A DNA stretch of 64,000 nt from an uncultured Pseudomonadota bacterium (GCA_963843375.1 CAWJKT010000010.1:105424-169423); one strand, 5' to 3'. Shown: positions 39,393 to 49,146, numbered from the stretch's first letter. Program-made: numbers and translations. The notes: a model not told the origin generated them from the sequence alone.

Positions 39393-39743
39393 ATGCAAAA
39401 ACTGATTTTGATAATTCAACGAATGGTCTTGGTGTTTGGGTTCTTGGTGTCCCTGGTGCCCTGTTATGCTTGTCAGCAAGAATCAACCCCTATGAAGGCT
39501 TGTTCTATGTGCCACATGGAGCTTCCGATGAGTTGCTGCCATCACTCCAAGCCGACGGATCCCTTGTGCCAAATTGTGAACCAGCCGGCAGTTACACTTT
39601 CCTCAGTAAATCCGTCGATTGCGGCCACTACGGTGACTGCAAAAAGAATATTTCAACCGCCGTATTTGCCGATATTTAAGGCGGCTCCGGTTATCCAAAT
39701 CGTTGAATCTCCTCCACGAAGTTCTCCTGTCCTTAGAATCTGA
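39393..39743 (+). CDS. Small exported Cys/His/Met-rich protein (putative metal-binding)
   Basis: Signal-peptide-like N-terminus (…MVLVFGFLVSLVPCYA|C…); mature region CQQESTPMKACSMCHMELPMSCCHHSKPTDPLC has 8 Cys plus His/Met clusters. Confidence 0.55.
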   Translation: MQKLILIIQRMVLVFGFLVSLVPCYACQQESTPMKACSMCHMELPMSCCHHSKPTDPLCQIVNQPAVTLSSVNPSIAATTVTAKRIFQPPYLPIFKAAPVIQIVESPPRSSPVLRI

Positions 39744-39824
39744 TCCATTCCTTTTGCGGTTGTGAAAGCGAAAGCCGGTTGGCTTCCGCTTAATTGCGCT
39801 TTTGCGCTCAAAAGGAGTGGGACC

Positions 39825-41198
39825 TTGAAAAGCTTAAATAAGTACTCATCCGATTTTTTACCTGTACTTGGGCGGTTTTACCGCCCAAGTACACGACTTC
39901 TGCTATTGCCAGTCCTGACGGCTGTTTTCTTCATTTCACCCTGTTTTATTTCGGGTCTTTGGGCCGACTCGATGATGGACAAAATGATGCCTTCCATGAA
40001 AGAAGACGGCATCCTTTTGAATCCTACCCCAGACTTAGGTGGGATGGAACTGATGGACGTGGATATGCAGATGGTCATGCCCTTCGCCTTGCCCCACATG
40101 CCCATGAGCATGCTGATGCTTCACGGCTATGGTTTTGGGGAATGGATCACGGAAGACGGTGCCCGTGGCCGTACGGCTTTTTCAGGACCCGACATGTTCA
40201 TGGCCGATCTTGGAACGACCCTGGATGACCATCAATACCTCAACTTGGACTTAATGCTGACCAGCGACCTTTGGGCTGTGCCTGCCGCAGGAATCCCCGA
40301 ACTCCTGCAAATCGGCGAGGACCAGGCCAACGGCCAGCCTTTTATCGACGCTCAGCACCCACACAGTTCACCCATCATGGGCTTAACTCTCAGCGACACC
40401 TTTACCTTGGACGCAAGTGATAAAAGTGCCCTTAAATTATTCGTTGCGCCCCGGGGCGAAAGTACCGACGGGCCAATCGCTTTTATGCACCGGATTACAG
40501 GCATGGTTAATCCTGACGTGCCTTTGGGACACCATATCGGCCAAGACGTAGGTCACATTACGAGCACCGTTTTGGGCGAGTCGCTAAAACTGGGTAGCTT
40601 CCATATCGAGTCCTCGGTTTTTAACGGTTCGGAACCCAACCCTACTCAGGTGGACCTACCCATCGGCCCGATCAACTCAGTGGCAGTCCGGGGCATTGAG
40701 GAATTTGCACCGAACATCATGCTCATGGCTTCTTACGCCTGGGTGGGTACGCCCGAGCCGGGCATCGCCAATGACCAGCGCTATTCCGCCTCCCTTTACA
40801 CGCACACCCTACTTAGCGACACATGGACTTTTCATAACACACTTATCTATGGGGGTATTACCAATATCGACCACGTATTCCAGTTGAGTTCTTTTTTGGA
40901 TGAGTTTTTATTCAGTAACACTGTGGAAGACATATTCGCGCGCGTCGAAGTACTTCAACGCACACCGAATCAATTGGATATCCCCGACATTCCTAACGGC
41001 AATACGGGCCAATGGGTGAGCGCTTTGACGTTGGGGTACAGCCATCAGCTTGAGGCCTGGGATGGATGGGAATTGAGGGCGGGATTTTCCGTGACCAACG
41101 ACCAGCTTCCCGTGGACTATCAGGCATCTTATTCAGGAAACCCCTTTACCTATAAAGTGTTCTTCCAGTTGGGAGGCACCCAGTCTTATCAGCTTTAA
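39825..41198 (+). CDS. Met-rich outer-membrane protein, CopB/PcoB-like (putative copper export/resistance)
   Basis: TTG start 7 nt after an AAGGAG RBS; signal peptide (…RLLLLPVLTAVFFISPCFISGLWA|DS); Met-rich motifs MMDKMMPSM and MELMDVDMQMVMPFALPHMPMSMLMLHG; long C-terminal region with beta-strand-like alternation. Confidence 0.55.
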   Translation: MKSLNKYSSDFLPVLGRFYRPSTRLLLLPVLTAVFFISPCFISGLWADSMMDKMMPSMKEDGILLNPTPDLGGMELMDVDMQMVMPFALPHMPMSMLMLHGYGFGEWITEDGARGRTAFSGPDMFMADLGTTLDDHQYLNLDLMLTSDLWAVPAAGIPELLQIGEDQANGQPFIDAQHPHSSPIMGLTLSDTFTLDASDKSALKLFVAPRGESTDGPIAFMHRITGMVNPDVPLGHHIGQDVGHITSTVLGESLKLGSFHIESSVFNGSEPNPTQVDLPIGPINSVAVRGIEEFAPNIMLMASYAWVGTPEPGIANDQRYSASLYTHTLLSDTWTFHNTLIYGGITNIDHVFQLSSFLDEFLFSNTVEDIFARVEVLQRTPNQLDIPDIPNGNTGQWVSALTLGYSHQLEAWDGWELRAGFSVTNDQLPVDYQASYSGNPFTYKVFFQLGGTQSYQL

Positions 41199-41239
41199 GC
41201 GAGCAGTGATTTTAAATAAATAAAAAAAGGGAGCGGAAA

Positions 41240-41608
41240 ATGAAAAAGGCAATGATGATTTTGTTGGCGGCGACGTTGATGGTTTTAGCGAGCGTTAAAT
41301 TATGGGCTCATGGAGATGATAAAACATCCGATCAAAACTTGACAGGGGAAGTGGTCTGCCTTAACTGCTATTTGGCGCATGGGGGACAAGGGAATGTCCA
41401 TGTCAAATGCGCGAAACAATGTTTTGTCAAGGGTTTGCCGGTTGGTTTGAAAGTCGGGGAAAAACTTTATTTGTTGGTGGGGGAAAAACACGGAACCGCC
41501 AATAAGATGATGGCTCCCTATGCCGGGAAACAGGTTACGGTTTCCGGCCATCTTTTTGAGCAAGAGGGAATGAGTATGTTCGAGGTTGAAAAAGTTAAAA
41601 AAAATTAA
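41240..41608 (+). CDS. Exported Cys-rich periplasmic protein of unknown function (CxxC…C…C)
   Basis: Signal peptide MKKAMMILLAATLMVLASVKLWA; VCLNCYLAHGG…VKCAKQC. Confidence 0.55.
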   Translation: MKKAMMILLAATLMVLASVKLWAHGDDKTSDQNLTGEVVCLNCYLAHGGQGNVHVKCAKQCFVKGLPVGLKVGEKLYLLVGEKHGTANKMMAPYAGKQVTVSGHLFEQEGMSMFEVEKVKKN

Positions 41609-41676
41609 GGCTATTGCTGAATAATATTTTTGTACCTTAAAGTAAAGTTTAATTTTTTCTGATTATTGGTTATTAT

Positions 41677-42558
41677 TTGGCCGTGACCCGCTACTTTACC
41701 AACAAACAACTATTAAACCCTCCCATCAAACGTGCAGCCTATTCGGATCGCACCGCCTGGATCATGTCACAATGCTCCGAATTGGCCTATGTAGAAGAAC
41801 CTGTTTTGTTGAAGAAGAACTTGGCTGAAGGGGATTTCACCCTTCTCAAAACATTCGTCTACCAACCCAAGCGCATGAACGCCTACCTGGCCCTATCTAT
41901 CAAGCACAAGTTGTCCGTATTAGCTTTTAAGGGCACTGTACCTTCCGAATGGCCCACGGTTCAGGTTGATTTGGATTTTCGCTATTACCACACGAAAAAT
42001 GGGGTTTTTCACCAGGGATTTTATGATGCTTTCAAAGCTATGGAAAAACCCATCAACCGAAACCTAGGGTTAGTGCGGGGACTGCCCATTTACATTACCG
42101 GACATAGTCTTGGAGGCGCATTGGCGACCATGGCGGCCATGAACCTGACCGAAACCGACCGAGTGGCAGCCTGTTACACTTTCGGTGCGCCCCGCATTTG
42201 CGACCTGAAAACCATCATCCATTTTTACAAAATACCCATTTATCGGGTGGTCCATGCCGACGATATTGTACCGTCCCTGCCGCCGCCTTCAATGTTCGGA
42301 GGCTATGCCCAGATCGGCGACCTACGCTATATTACCGATAATTTCGAGTTGATCCCCGGTAGCGCGGCGGTTTGGTTGCGCTTATGGCTTCAAATTAAAA
42401 GCTTCCTCCTCTTGCGTTGGAAGAATTCTATTGCGGATCACATGATCGACTTTTATGCAAAGATTCTGCAAAGGATTGCCGAGGACAGAGAAGAACGTCG
42501 ACTGCGCCATAAATTCGGGAAATTGGCTTCAAATATATTTGCAGCAACTAAAAAATAG
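41677..42558 (+). CDS. Lipase class 3 (alpha/beta hydrolase) family protein
   Basis: Nucleophile elbow GHSLGGALA and VVHADDIVP typical of the Lipase_3 family. Confidence 0.8.
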   Translation: MAVTRYFTNKQLLNPPIKRAAYSDRTAWIMSQCSELAYVEEPVLLKKNLAEGDFTLLKTFVYQPKRMNAYLALSIKHKLSVLAFKGTVPSEWPTVQVDLDFRYYHTKNGVFHQGFYDAFKAMEKPINRNLGLVRGLPIYITGHSLGGALATMAAMNLTETDRVAACYTFGAPRICDLKTIIHFYKIPIYRVVHADDIVPSLPPPSMFGGYAQIGDLRYITDNFELIPGSAAVWLRLWLQIKSFLLLRWKNSIADHMIDFYAKILQRIAEDREERRLRHKFGKLASNIFAATKK

Positions 42559-42595
42559 ATTCCAACGTTCCAATTAGATCGCGAGAAGTTTCTCA

Positions 42596-42640
42596 AAGAA
42601 AAAGCCGTGGATTGTTAGATCCCGGCCTTTTTTGTTTAAA
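42596..42640. terminator. Bidirectional intrinsic terminator between the convergent lipase_3 and gpx genes
   Basis: A-tract, imperfect GC hairpin (gccgtgg…ccggc), T-tract (CCTTTTTTGTTT). Confidence 0.45.
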
Positions 42641-42651
42641 GATTTTTAAAA

Positions 42652-43218
42652 TTATTTTGAAACGGCAGCCTGGATGTCAGCGTCGAAATCTTCTGGTTCA
42701 ATTTTCGTAACGATCCTTTTTATGGGATGGCCATCCCGGTCGATCAGGAATTTTGTGAAATTCCATCCGATGTCCAGTTTTCCATCCGGGTCCGGTTCCG
42801 AGGTTTTAAGGAACTTGTAAAGAGGATTGGCATTGTCCCCGTTGACTTCAATCTTATCGAAGAGAGGGAATGTCACGTTGTATTTGCTGGTGCAAAAGGT
42901 CTTAATTTCTGCGTCCGTTCCCGGTTCCTGTTCCTTGAATTGGTTGCAGGGGAATCCCAGGATGGCAAAGCCTTTTCCCTTATACTTCTCATATAGCTTT
43001 TCCAAACCGGTATATTGTGGTGTATGGCCGCATTTGCTGGCAACGTTTACGATAAGCAAAACCTTTCCCTTGTATTTGGAAAGGGGAACCGTATTACCAT
43101 CGATATCCTTCATCTTGAACGAATAAACCGTGTCGGATTTCGTTTCGTCGGCCAAAATGGCGGAAACCGATAGGCAGACAAGTAACGCTCCAAGAATCAT
43201 TCCAAAACATTTCTTCAT
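42652..43218 (-). CDS. Glutathione peroxidase (exported/lipoprotein-like)
   Basis: NVASKCGHT (peroxidatic Cys), LGFPCNQF, WNFTKF motifs; start taken at MKKCFGMILGALLVCLS. Confidence 0.85.
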   Translation of the reverse strand: MKKCFGMILGALLVCLSVSAILADETKSDTVYSFKMKDIDGNTVPLSKYKGKVLLIVNVASKCGHTPQYTGLEKLYEKYKGKGFAILGFPCNQFKEQEPGTDAEIKTFCTSKYNVTFPLFDKIEVNGDNANPLYKFLKTSEPDPDGKLDIGWNFTKFLIDRDGHPIKRIVTKIEPEDFDADIQAAVSK

Positions 43219-43500
43219 AATATTGCCCCCTATCCAATGGTTGATTTCATTATTACGCCATGGGTTCATGAAAAAATCTAGAGGGGTTGTTGATTTTAGG
43301 TGATCCCCTTGAACCGAAATGTAAATGGTTTCACATAATTTTACCTTTAATTGACTTTCAAGTTTCAGGATTATTAATACAATGCTTAGAAAAGGTCATT
43401 TATTGTCGGTAGAATTTCGATACTTTCGTCAAAACGACACTCGCCTGATTAATGAATCGTCTAAAGCTTACTATCAACATTTCACTTAGATCAGGATAAT

Positions 43501-43965
43501 ATGGTCGGCGAATCAACTGAAGACTCAAAACCGGTGAGTATTCTCCTGGTTGAGGACGACCTAGGCGATGTCAAATTAACGATGGAGGCTTTCAAGGCTT
43601 TCCATGTTCCTTTGAAGGTATCACGGGTTCGGGATGGGGAAGAAGCGGTCAACTACTTGCGCAAAAAAGGAGAGTTTCAGGAAGCGCCCAGGCCCGATCT
43701 GATCTTCCTCGATCTGAAAATGCCGAAGAAAAACGGGTTTGAGGTGCTTTCCGATATCAAAAACGACACTAACCTGGAAGCCATACCTGTGATGATTCTA
43801 TCTGGTTCCAGATCACCCGAAGATATTCAAGCCGCTTACGAGGCCAAGGCCAATTTTTACATCACGAAACCCGCCAAAGTTGATGAGTTTTTTGCTGCAA
43901 TGAACTATGTCGAGGAGTTCTGGCTTAAGAAGCGGGAATTTGCCCCCGAAAAAGATTCGGTTTAA
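43501..43965 (+). CDS. Stand-alone response-regulator receiver domain (CheY-like)
   Basis: ILLVEDDLGD…, phospho-acceptor in FLDLKMP, K in YITKP. Confidence 0.8.
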   Translation: MVGESTEDSKPVSILLVEDDLGDVKLTMEAFKAFHVPLKVSRVRDGEEAVNYLRKKGEFQEAPRPDLIFLDLKMPKKNGFEVLSDIKNDTNLEAIPVMILSGSRSPEDIQAAYEAKANFYITKPAKVDEFFAAMNYVEEFWLKKREFAPEKDSV

Positions 43966-43976
43966 AAAAGGCCACT

Positions 43977-45164
43977 TTAAACGGCTTGTCCGGCGGCCCA
44001 TCCTGAGGCCCATGCCCATTGGAAATTGTATCCACCTAATTGGCCCGTGACATCCACTACCTCACCTATGAAATAGAGCCCAGGCACTTTTTTGCATTCC
44101 ATTGTCTTGGATGAGAGTTCGTCCGTATCCACCCCCCCCTTGGTGACCTCGGCTTTCGAATAACCAATCGTCGCCTCCGGAATGAATGTGTAATCTTGAA
44201 TTTTCTTGCAAAAATCTTCGAGTTTTTTATCCGTAAGTTTATCGATAACTGTACCCGGGGTAAGTTCCAATTCGCAAAGCCGCTCTGCCAAACGTTGGGG
44301 TAGCCATTCTTTCAAAAGCGTCTTGATCTCGACCTTTGAGCCACCTTTTTTGTGATTCAGAAACCATCGGACCAGCTTTTCAAGGCTTTGGCTGGGAATA
44401 AAGTTGATTTTTAAAGTATTGTCCCTATTCCAATAGAGGGAAGCCTGTAAGGCGGCGGGACCGCTTAAGCCGGTGTGAGTGAAAAGGATATTTTCCCGGA
44501 AAGAGACCTTGCCGCAGGTTATTTGGGCGTCTGTTGAAACCCCTGTCAGATCCCCGAATTTTTTCAAGTCGTTGGCCTTAAACCGGAAACCATCCAGGGC
44601 GGGAAAGGGCAAAACTATTTTTAAACCGAACTGTCGAGCGAGGTCATAACCGAACCCAGTGGCCCCGATTTTGGGGATGGAAAGCCCTCCTGTGGCGACG
44701 ACCAGGGAATCAGAGGTAAATTCCTCCTTATCGCTTTTGACTTCAAATTTGCCGTTTTTCGATACCGAAGCGATCTGTTGGTTTAAATAAACCTGGACAC
44801 CCGCCTTGTGGCATTCCTCTTCCAACATTCCCACAATATCCTTGGCCGAACGGTCGCAAAATAGCTGCCCTAGTTTCTTTTCGTGATAGGGGATTTGGTG
44901 GGCTTTCACCATTTCAATGAAATCCTGGGGAATGTAACGGGAGAGGGCCGATTTGGAGAAATGAGGATTCTGGGAGACGTAGTTTTCAGGCCCGATGTTC
45001 ATATTTGTGAAATTACAGCGCCCACCTCCCGATATAAGGATTTTGGCCCCCACCTTTGGGGAATGGTCTAAGAGGACCACCTGGCGGCCCCTTTTGCCTG
45101 CCTCGATGGCACACATCAGTCCTGCTCCTCCGGCACCGATAATGATGACGTCAAAGTTTTTCAT
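43977..45164 (-). CDS. NAD(P)/FAD-dependent oxidoreductase (HI0933/YhiN/BaiN family)
   Basis: N-terminal DVIIIGAGGAGLMCA dinucleotide-binding motif, GGGRCNFTN family signature. Confidence 0.85.
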   Translation of the reverse strand: MKNFDVIIIGAGGAGLMCAIEAGKRGRQVVLLDHSPKVGAKILISGGGRCNFTNMNIGPENYVSQNPHFSKSALSRYIPQDFIEMVKAHQIPYHEKKLGQLFCDRSAKDIVGMLEEECHKAGVQVYLNQQIASVSKNGKFEVKSDKEEFTSDSLVVATGGLSIPKIGATGFGYDLARQFGLKIVLPFPALDGFRFKANDLKKFGDLTGVSTDAQITCGKVSFRENILFTHTGLSGPAALQASLYWNRDNTLKINFIPSQSLEKLVRWFLNHKKGGSKVEIKTLLKEWLPQRLAERLCELELTPGTVIDKLTDKKLEDFCKKIQDYTFIPEATIGYSKAEVTKGGVDTDELSSKTMECKKVPGLYFIGEVVDVTGQLGGYNFQWAWASGWAAGQAV

Positions 45165-45270
45165 GCCGAAAGTTTAGCAGGCAATTTAAGTGGAATCGTT
45201 AATAATCCTGTACTTAAAGAGGAGGTTTGCCAATTTAGAAAAATGACCTCGAGGATGTTAAAGAAATACT

Positions 45271-46491
45271 TTAACGGACTTGGCTTAAAACCTTCAGCAA
45301 GACGGTACCATGGGGGGGCACCGAAACGGTATAGCTGTCATTAAAAATCCCGAGGTCTTGGTGGTTCCAAAGATCCCGAACTGAAGCCGGACCAGGGGGT
45401 AGCCCCAGGTCGCTCCATTTAGCTGTAATGGAAGAAGTGCCAGTCGAGCGATTTAGAAGGGCCACAGCTCGGCTATTGGGGCCTTCCAGTACTTTGGAAT
45501 AGACATTAGAACCCTGACCATCATCCGCCACACGGACACCCTGCAATCCCCAGGGGTCCTGGTCTACGGCAATGACTTCCCGGTTCAGTAAAATATCAGC
45601 GGTTTGCGGGGACATGGTTCGCAGATCGTTTCCAGCAATAAGAGGCGCGGCCATGATCGCCCATAAGCTGAAATGGGTGCGGTATTCGGTGTCGGTCATG
45701 CCTCCATTTCCGATTTCCAGCATATCCGGGTCGTTCCAAGCACCAGGACGAGCATATGAAGCAACTTGTTCGTTGTTGTCGAAAGCGCCAATCATGGAAC
45801 CCCAATCATCATGAATGTCCCCGCCAGTCCGCCATAAATTGCCGGTTTCGGGCATCCAATTAAGGAAGCCCCAGGCGCAAATGCTGAATACAATAGGCCG
45901 ACCCGCAGCCGTTAGGGCGTCCCGCATTTTTTTATAATCTCTGGCTTGGTTCGAAAAGAAAGGAGGATTGCAGTTGTCGTATTTCAGGTAATCCACACCC
46001 CAATCGGCAAAATCTTTCGCATCCACGGTTTCATACCCATAAGAGCCCGCTTTGCCTTGGCAGGTCGCATTTCCACGGTCCGAATAAAGCCCAAGTTTAA
46101 GTCCCTTGGAATGGATAAAGTCCGCCAGCCCTTTAATACCCTCGGGGAAAGCGGACGGATCCGCCTTTAAATGACCGTCTTCACGGTTTGGAAGTTCCCA
46201 ACAATCGTCAATATTGACATATTGGTACCCTGCGTCTTTCATGCCGTTAGTAACCATGGCGTCCGCGATTTCTCGGATAAGCTTGTCGCTGACCACACAT
46301 TGGAACTTATTCCAGGAATTCCATCCCATGGGAGGGGTAATGGCTAATTCATTTCGGTAAGAAGGACTTGATTGGGAGTTGGTGGAGCTATTAGTTCCAC
46401 AACCAAACTCCGACAAGACAATTGTTAGAAAAAGGCATAAACTCAAAAATAGTGTTCGTTTCACGGGCCTTATTGTAACCAATCCTTTCAT
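45271..46491 (-). CDS. Alpha-galactosidase (GH27), lipoprotein-like signal
   Basis: PPMGWNSWN, YVNIDDCW, GH27 catalytic region; start taken at MKGLV… to avoid overlap with recN. Confidence 0.8.
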   Translation of the reverse strand: MKGLVTIRPVKRTLFLSLCLFLTIVLSEFGCGTNSSTNSQSSPSYRNELAITPPMGWNSWNKFQCVVSDKLIREIADAMVTNGMKDAGYQYVNIDDCWELPNREDGHLKADPSAFPEGIKGLADFIHSKGLKLGLYSDRGNATCQGKAGSYGYETVDAKDFADWGVDYLKYDNCNPPFFSNQARDYKKMRDALTAAGRPIVFSICAWGFLNWMPETGNLWRTGGDIHDDWGSMIGAFDNNEQVASYARPGAWNDPDMLEIGNGGMTDTEYRTHFSLWAIMAAPLIAGNDLRTMSPQTADILLNREVIAVDQDPWGLQGVRVADDGQGSNVYSKVLEGPNSRAVALLNRSTGTSSITAKWSDLGLPPGPASVRDLWNHQDLGIFNDSYTVSVPPHGTVLLKVLSQVR

Positions 46492-46525
46492 TGATAATTT
46501 ATTTTCTCCAAAATATATTGGGTCC

Positions 46526-48241
46526 ATGCTTCGACAGCTTTCCATTAAGAATTTCGCCATTGTCCAGTCGGTCACCATGGAATTCGGCCCGGGTTTTAAC
46601 GTCCTCACGGGGGAAACCGGCGCGGGAAAATCCTTGATCGTGGACGCACTTTATTTCCTTCTGGGAGACCGGATGAATGCGGATATGCTTCGCGCCGGGG
46701 AAGATCGGGCTGTTGTGGAAGCTCTTTTTCAACTGCCCTTGAAAAGTTCCACCTTTAAAAAACTATCGGAATGGGGCATCGACGCCAGCCATGGGGAATT
46801 GCTCATCAAAAGAGAATTCAACCGTTCTTCCGGAAAAACCCGTAGTTTCGTAAATGGGGAAATGGCAACCGCTTCCATGGTTTCCGAACTGGGGGATTGG
46901 CTGGTGGATATCCATGGCCAGCATGAACACCAAGCGATCTTCAATGTGGGTCGACACCGCCAATTGATCGATTCCTTCGGGCATCTTGAAAAACCGCTGG
47001 AAAAAACAAACAGTGCCTATGAAATTCTTGCGGGTTTGTTGGTTGAACAATCCCGTCTTGGCGGGGATTCCCGGGAAATCGCCCGCCGGACTGATCTTCT
47101 CCAGTTTCAAGTACAGGAAATCGAGGCCTCGGGCGTGGAATCCCTGAACGAGGAAGAACTCCTAAAAAAATACCAGTTAATGAAACACGCGGAAAAGATC
47201 ACGAAATACCTGACCGAAGCCCAAGGATTATTGGACGAGGAAGGCGCTGGCGGCGCTACGGGACTTTTTGGAACCGCGGTGTCCCGCTTGATGGATTCGG
47301 CAAAACTGGATCCGGATTTGGGGAAAATGGTTGAAGTCTCCAAAGCAGCGCAGGAAAGCCTGAACCAAATCTCTTTTGATATTGCCCAAAAGTTGGAGTC
47401 TTATTCTTTTAGCGAGACGGAATTCCAGGAATTATCAGATCGAGTCGATGGACTGAATTCCTTGAAAAAGAAGTACGGTGATTCGGTGGGGGAAATCGTG
47501 AAGTACCTCGGCCAAATCCGAGAGGAACTGAAGAACCTGGAAGACCGGGAAGGACGGTTGGGAGCCCTTGCAAATGAAATTGAAAAGGCGGCGGAACAAT
47601 ATCGCCTGGCTTCAAGCCAATTAAGCTCGAAGAGGGCGCAATCCGGCACCGAACTGGCGGACCAAGTCCAAATCACACTCAAGGAATTAGGCTTGACCCA
47701 CGCCCAAATGGGGGTCCAGTTGACGCCTTTGGAAGAGTCCAACAGCCCGGTCATCGAAAAAGGAAAGCGGCTTCACCTTTCCCCGATGGGTTGGGACAAA
47801 GTAGAATTTCTTTTTTCGGCTAATCCGGGCGAACCGCTTCGGCCTCTGGCAAAGGTCGCCTCGGGCGGCGAAGCTTCACGGGTAATGTTGGCCCTGAAAA
47901 CGGTTCTTACCGAGAGTGATGAGGTGCCGACGCTTATATTTGACGAGATTGACACGGGTGTTGGCGCCAGAACTGCCCCCACCGTAGCCAGATTGTTGAA
48001 TCATTTAGCCGCTTCCAAGCAGGTTTTATGCATCTCCCACCTGGCACCCATCGCTGGATTGGGAGAAAATCACTTCCAAGTCCTCAAAGAAATCATCGAT
48101 TCGAAAACCTCGGTAACTGTCAACCGTTTAACGGAAAACGCCCGAATCGATGAATTGGCCAAAATGTTGGGCGGGGAACCCATTTCCGAAACTTCCCGTA
48201 CCCATGCCAAAGAACTCTATGCTAGAATGCGCGTCAAATGA
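46526..48241 (+). CDS. recN: DNA repair protein RecN
   Basis: MLRQLSIKNFAIV…GETGAGKS Walker A, coiled-coil middle, C-terminal SMC-like signature (…ASGGEASRVMLAL…IFDEIDTG). Confidence 0.9.
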   Translation: MLRQLSIKNFAIVQSVTMEFGPGFNVLTGETGAGKSLIVDALYFLLGDRMNADMLRAGEDRAVVEALFQLPLKSSTFKKLSEWGIDASHGELLIKREFNRSSGKTRSFVNGEMATASMVSELGDWLVDIHGQHEHQAIFNVGRHRQLIDSFGHLEKPLEKTNSAYEILAGLLVEQSRLGGDSREIARRTDLLQFQVQEIEASGVESLNEEELLKKYQLMKHAEKITKYLTEAQGLLDEEGAGGATGLFGTAVSRLMDSAKLDPDLGKMVEVSKAAQESLNQISFDIAQKLESYSFSETEFQELSDRVDGLNSLKKKYGDSVGEIVKYLGQIREELKNLEDREGRLGALANEIEKAAEQYRLASSQLSSKRAQSGTELADQVQITLKELGLTHAQMGVQLTPLEESNSPVIEKGKRLHLSPMGWDKVEFLFSANPGEPLRPLAKVASGGEASRVMLALKTVLTESDEVPTLIFDEIDTGVGARTAPTVARLLNHLAASKQVLCISHLAPIAGLGENHFQVLKEIIDSKTSVTVNRLTENARIDELAKMLGGEPISETSRTHAKELYARMRVK

Positions 48242-48294
48242 GGGTGCCTGCCTGAGATAGGCCCTTGAACAAATGAAAATTCGGAGGATTTAAT

Positions 48295-49146
48295 ATGAAG
48301 TTTTGGAGCCGATTTGTTGGCACTAGTTTGATTTTCGCCTTGGCCTTGAGCTTTGGAACCGCGAATGCGGCAGCGAAGAAGAAAAAGAAAATGGAAAAAG
48401 AGGTTGTCCACCACGCGAGGGTGGAAAGACCTCATCCCATTGAAGGGGCTGATTTGAACGGCCGTCCGGGTTATTTTTTCGCGGACACAGCAAATACGCC
48501 TAACCAAGGCCAAATCATGGGAGCCGCCCACGTATGGTTCGATTCGGCTTTCAACGGACTCAGCATTCCTTTTGGCGGAGCTTATGGAATAACCGATCAG
48601 ATTCAGGTCCATGCCAGCAGTTCTTTTTATGCCGCAGGGGGGCTCAGTGGATTGAATTTCCTGACTTTCGGCGGGAAGTATGGCTTCAAGCATGTCGCCC
48701 CGGGCCTGAATATCGCCGCAGGGTTGGATCTTTCAATAGGGCCATTATATGTTGCGAACGCAAGTGCGTTAGGTTTTGATCCTTATGGAATCGTCACTTA
48801 TACCTTCATAGACGGGCTTCAGTTGAACGGCCAATTGGGCGTATTCGTTCCGGGCGGAAGGAGCTATGCGAATCCTCTCTACGGAATCATACCAAACCAA
48901 CCACAAAATATTTCTTTAACGCCTCCAGCTTATCTTCAATTTAATGCGGGGGCAGCCTATCCCTTTGATCCAGATTTGACTGGAATTGCTGAACTTGCGG
49001 TTAATGGAGAAGGGAACGCTGCTACTCCTTTAATCGTTGGTCTTCGCACAGGACATGACGTGCAACTTCAAGCCTTCGGCGGGTTGGACTTAGCCGGACA
49101 AGTCGGCGTTTTAATCGGTGGTGGCGTCGCTCTTTTTTCAAAGTAA
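48295..49146 (+). CDS. Secreted Gly-rich protein, probable outer-membrane beta-barrel
   Basis: Signal peptide (…ALALSFGTANA|A), alternating hydrophobic pattern, C-terminus …GGGVALFSK. Confidence 0.5.
   Translation: MKFWSRFVGTSLIFALALSFGTANAAAKKKKKMEKEVVHHARVERPHPIEGADLNGRPGYFFADTANTPNQGQIMGAAHVWFDSAFNGLSIPFGGAYGITDQIQVHASSSFYAAGGLSGLNFLTFGGKYGFKHVAPGLNIAAGLDLSIGPLYVANASALGFDPYGIVTYTFIDGLQLNGQLGVFVPGGRSYANPLYGIIPNQPQNISLTPPAYLQFNAGAAYPFDPDLTGIAELAVNGEGNAATPLIVGLRTGHDVQLQAFGGLDLAGQVGVLIGGGVALFSK

Noticed and set aside
39959-40228. Alternative-frame ORF (His/Arg-rich 89 aa) inside the Met-rich outer-membrane-protein gene
   Set aside because: It is the +1 frame of the ATG-rich Met-motif region, so it is a compositional artefact; no RBS or start context.
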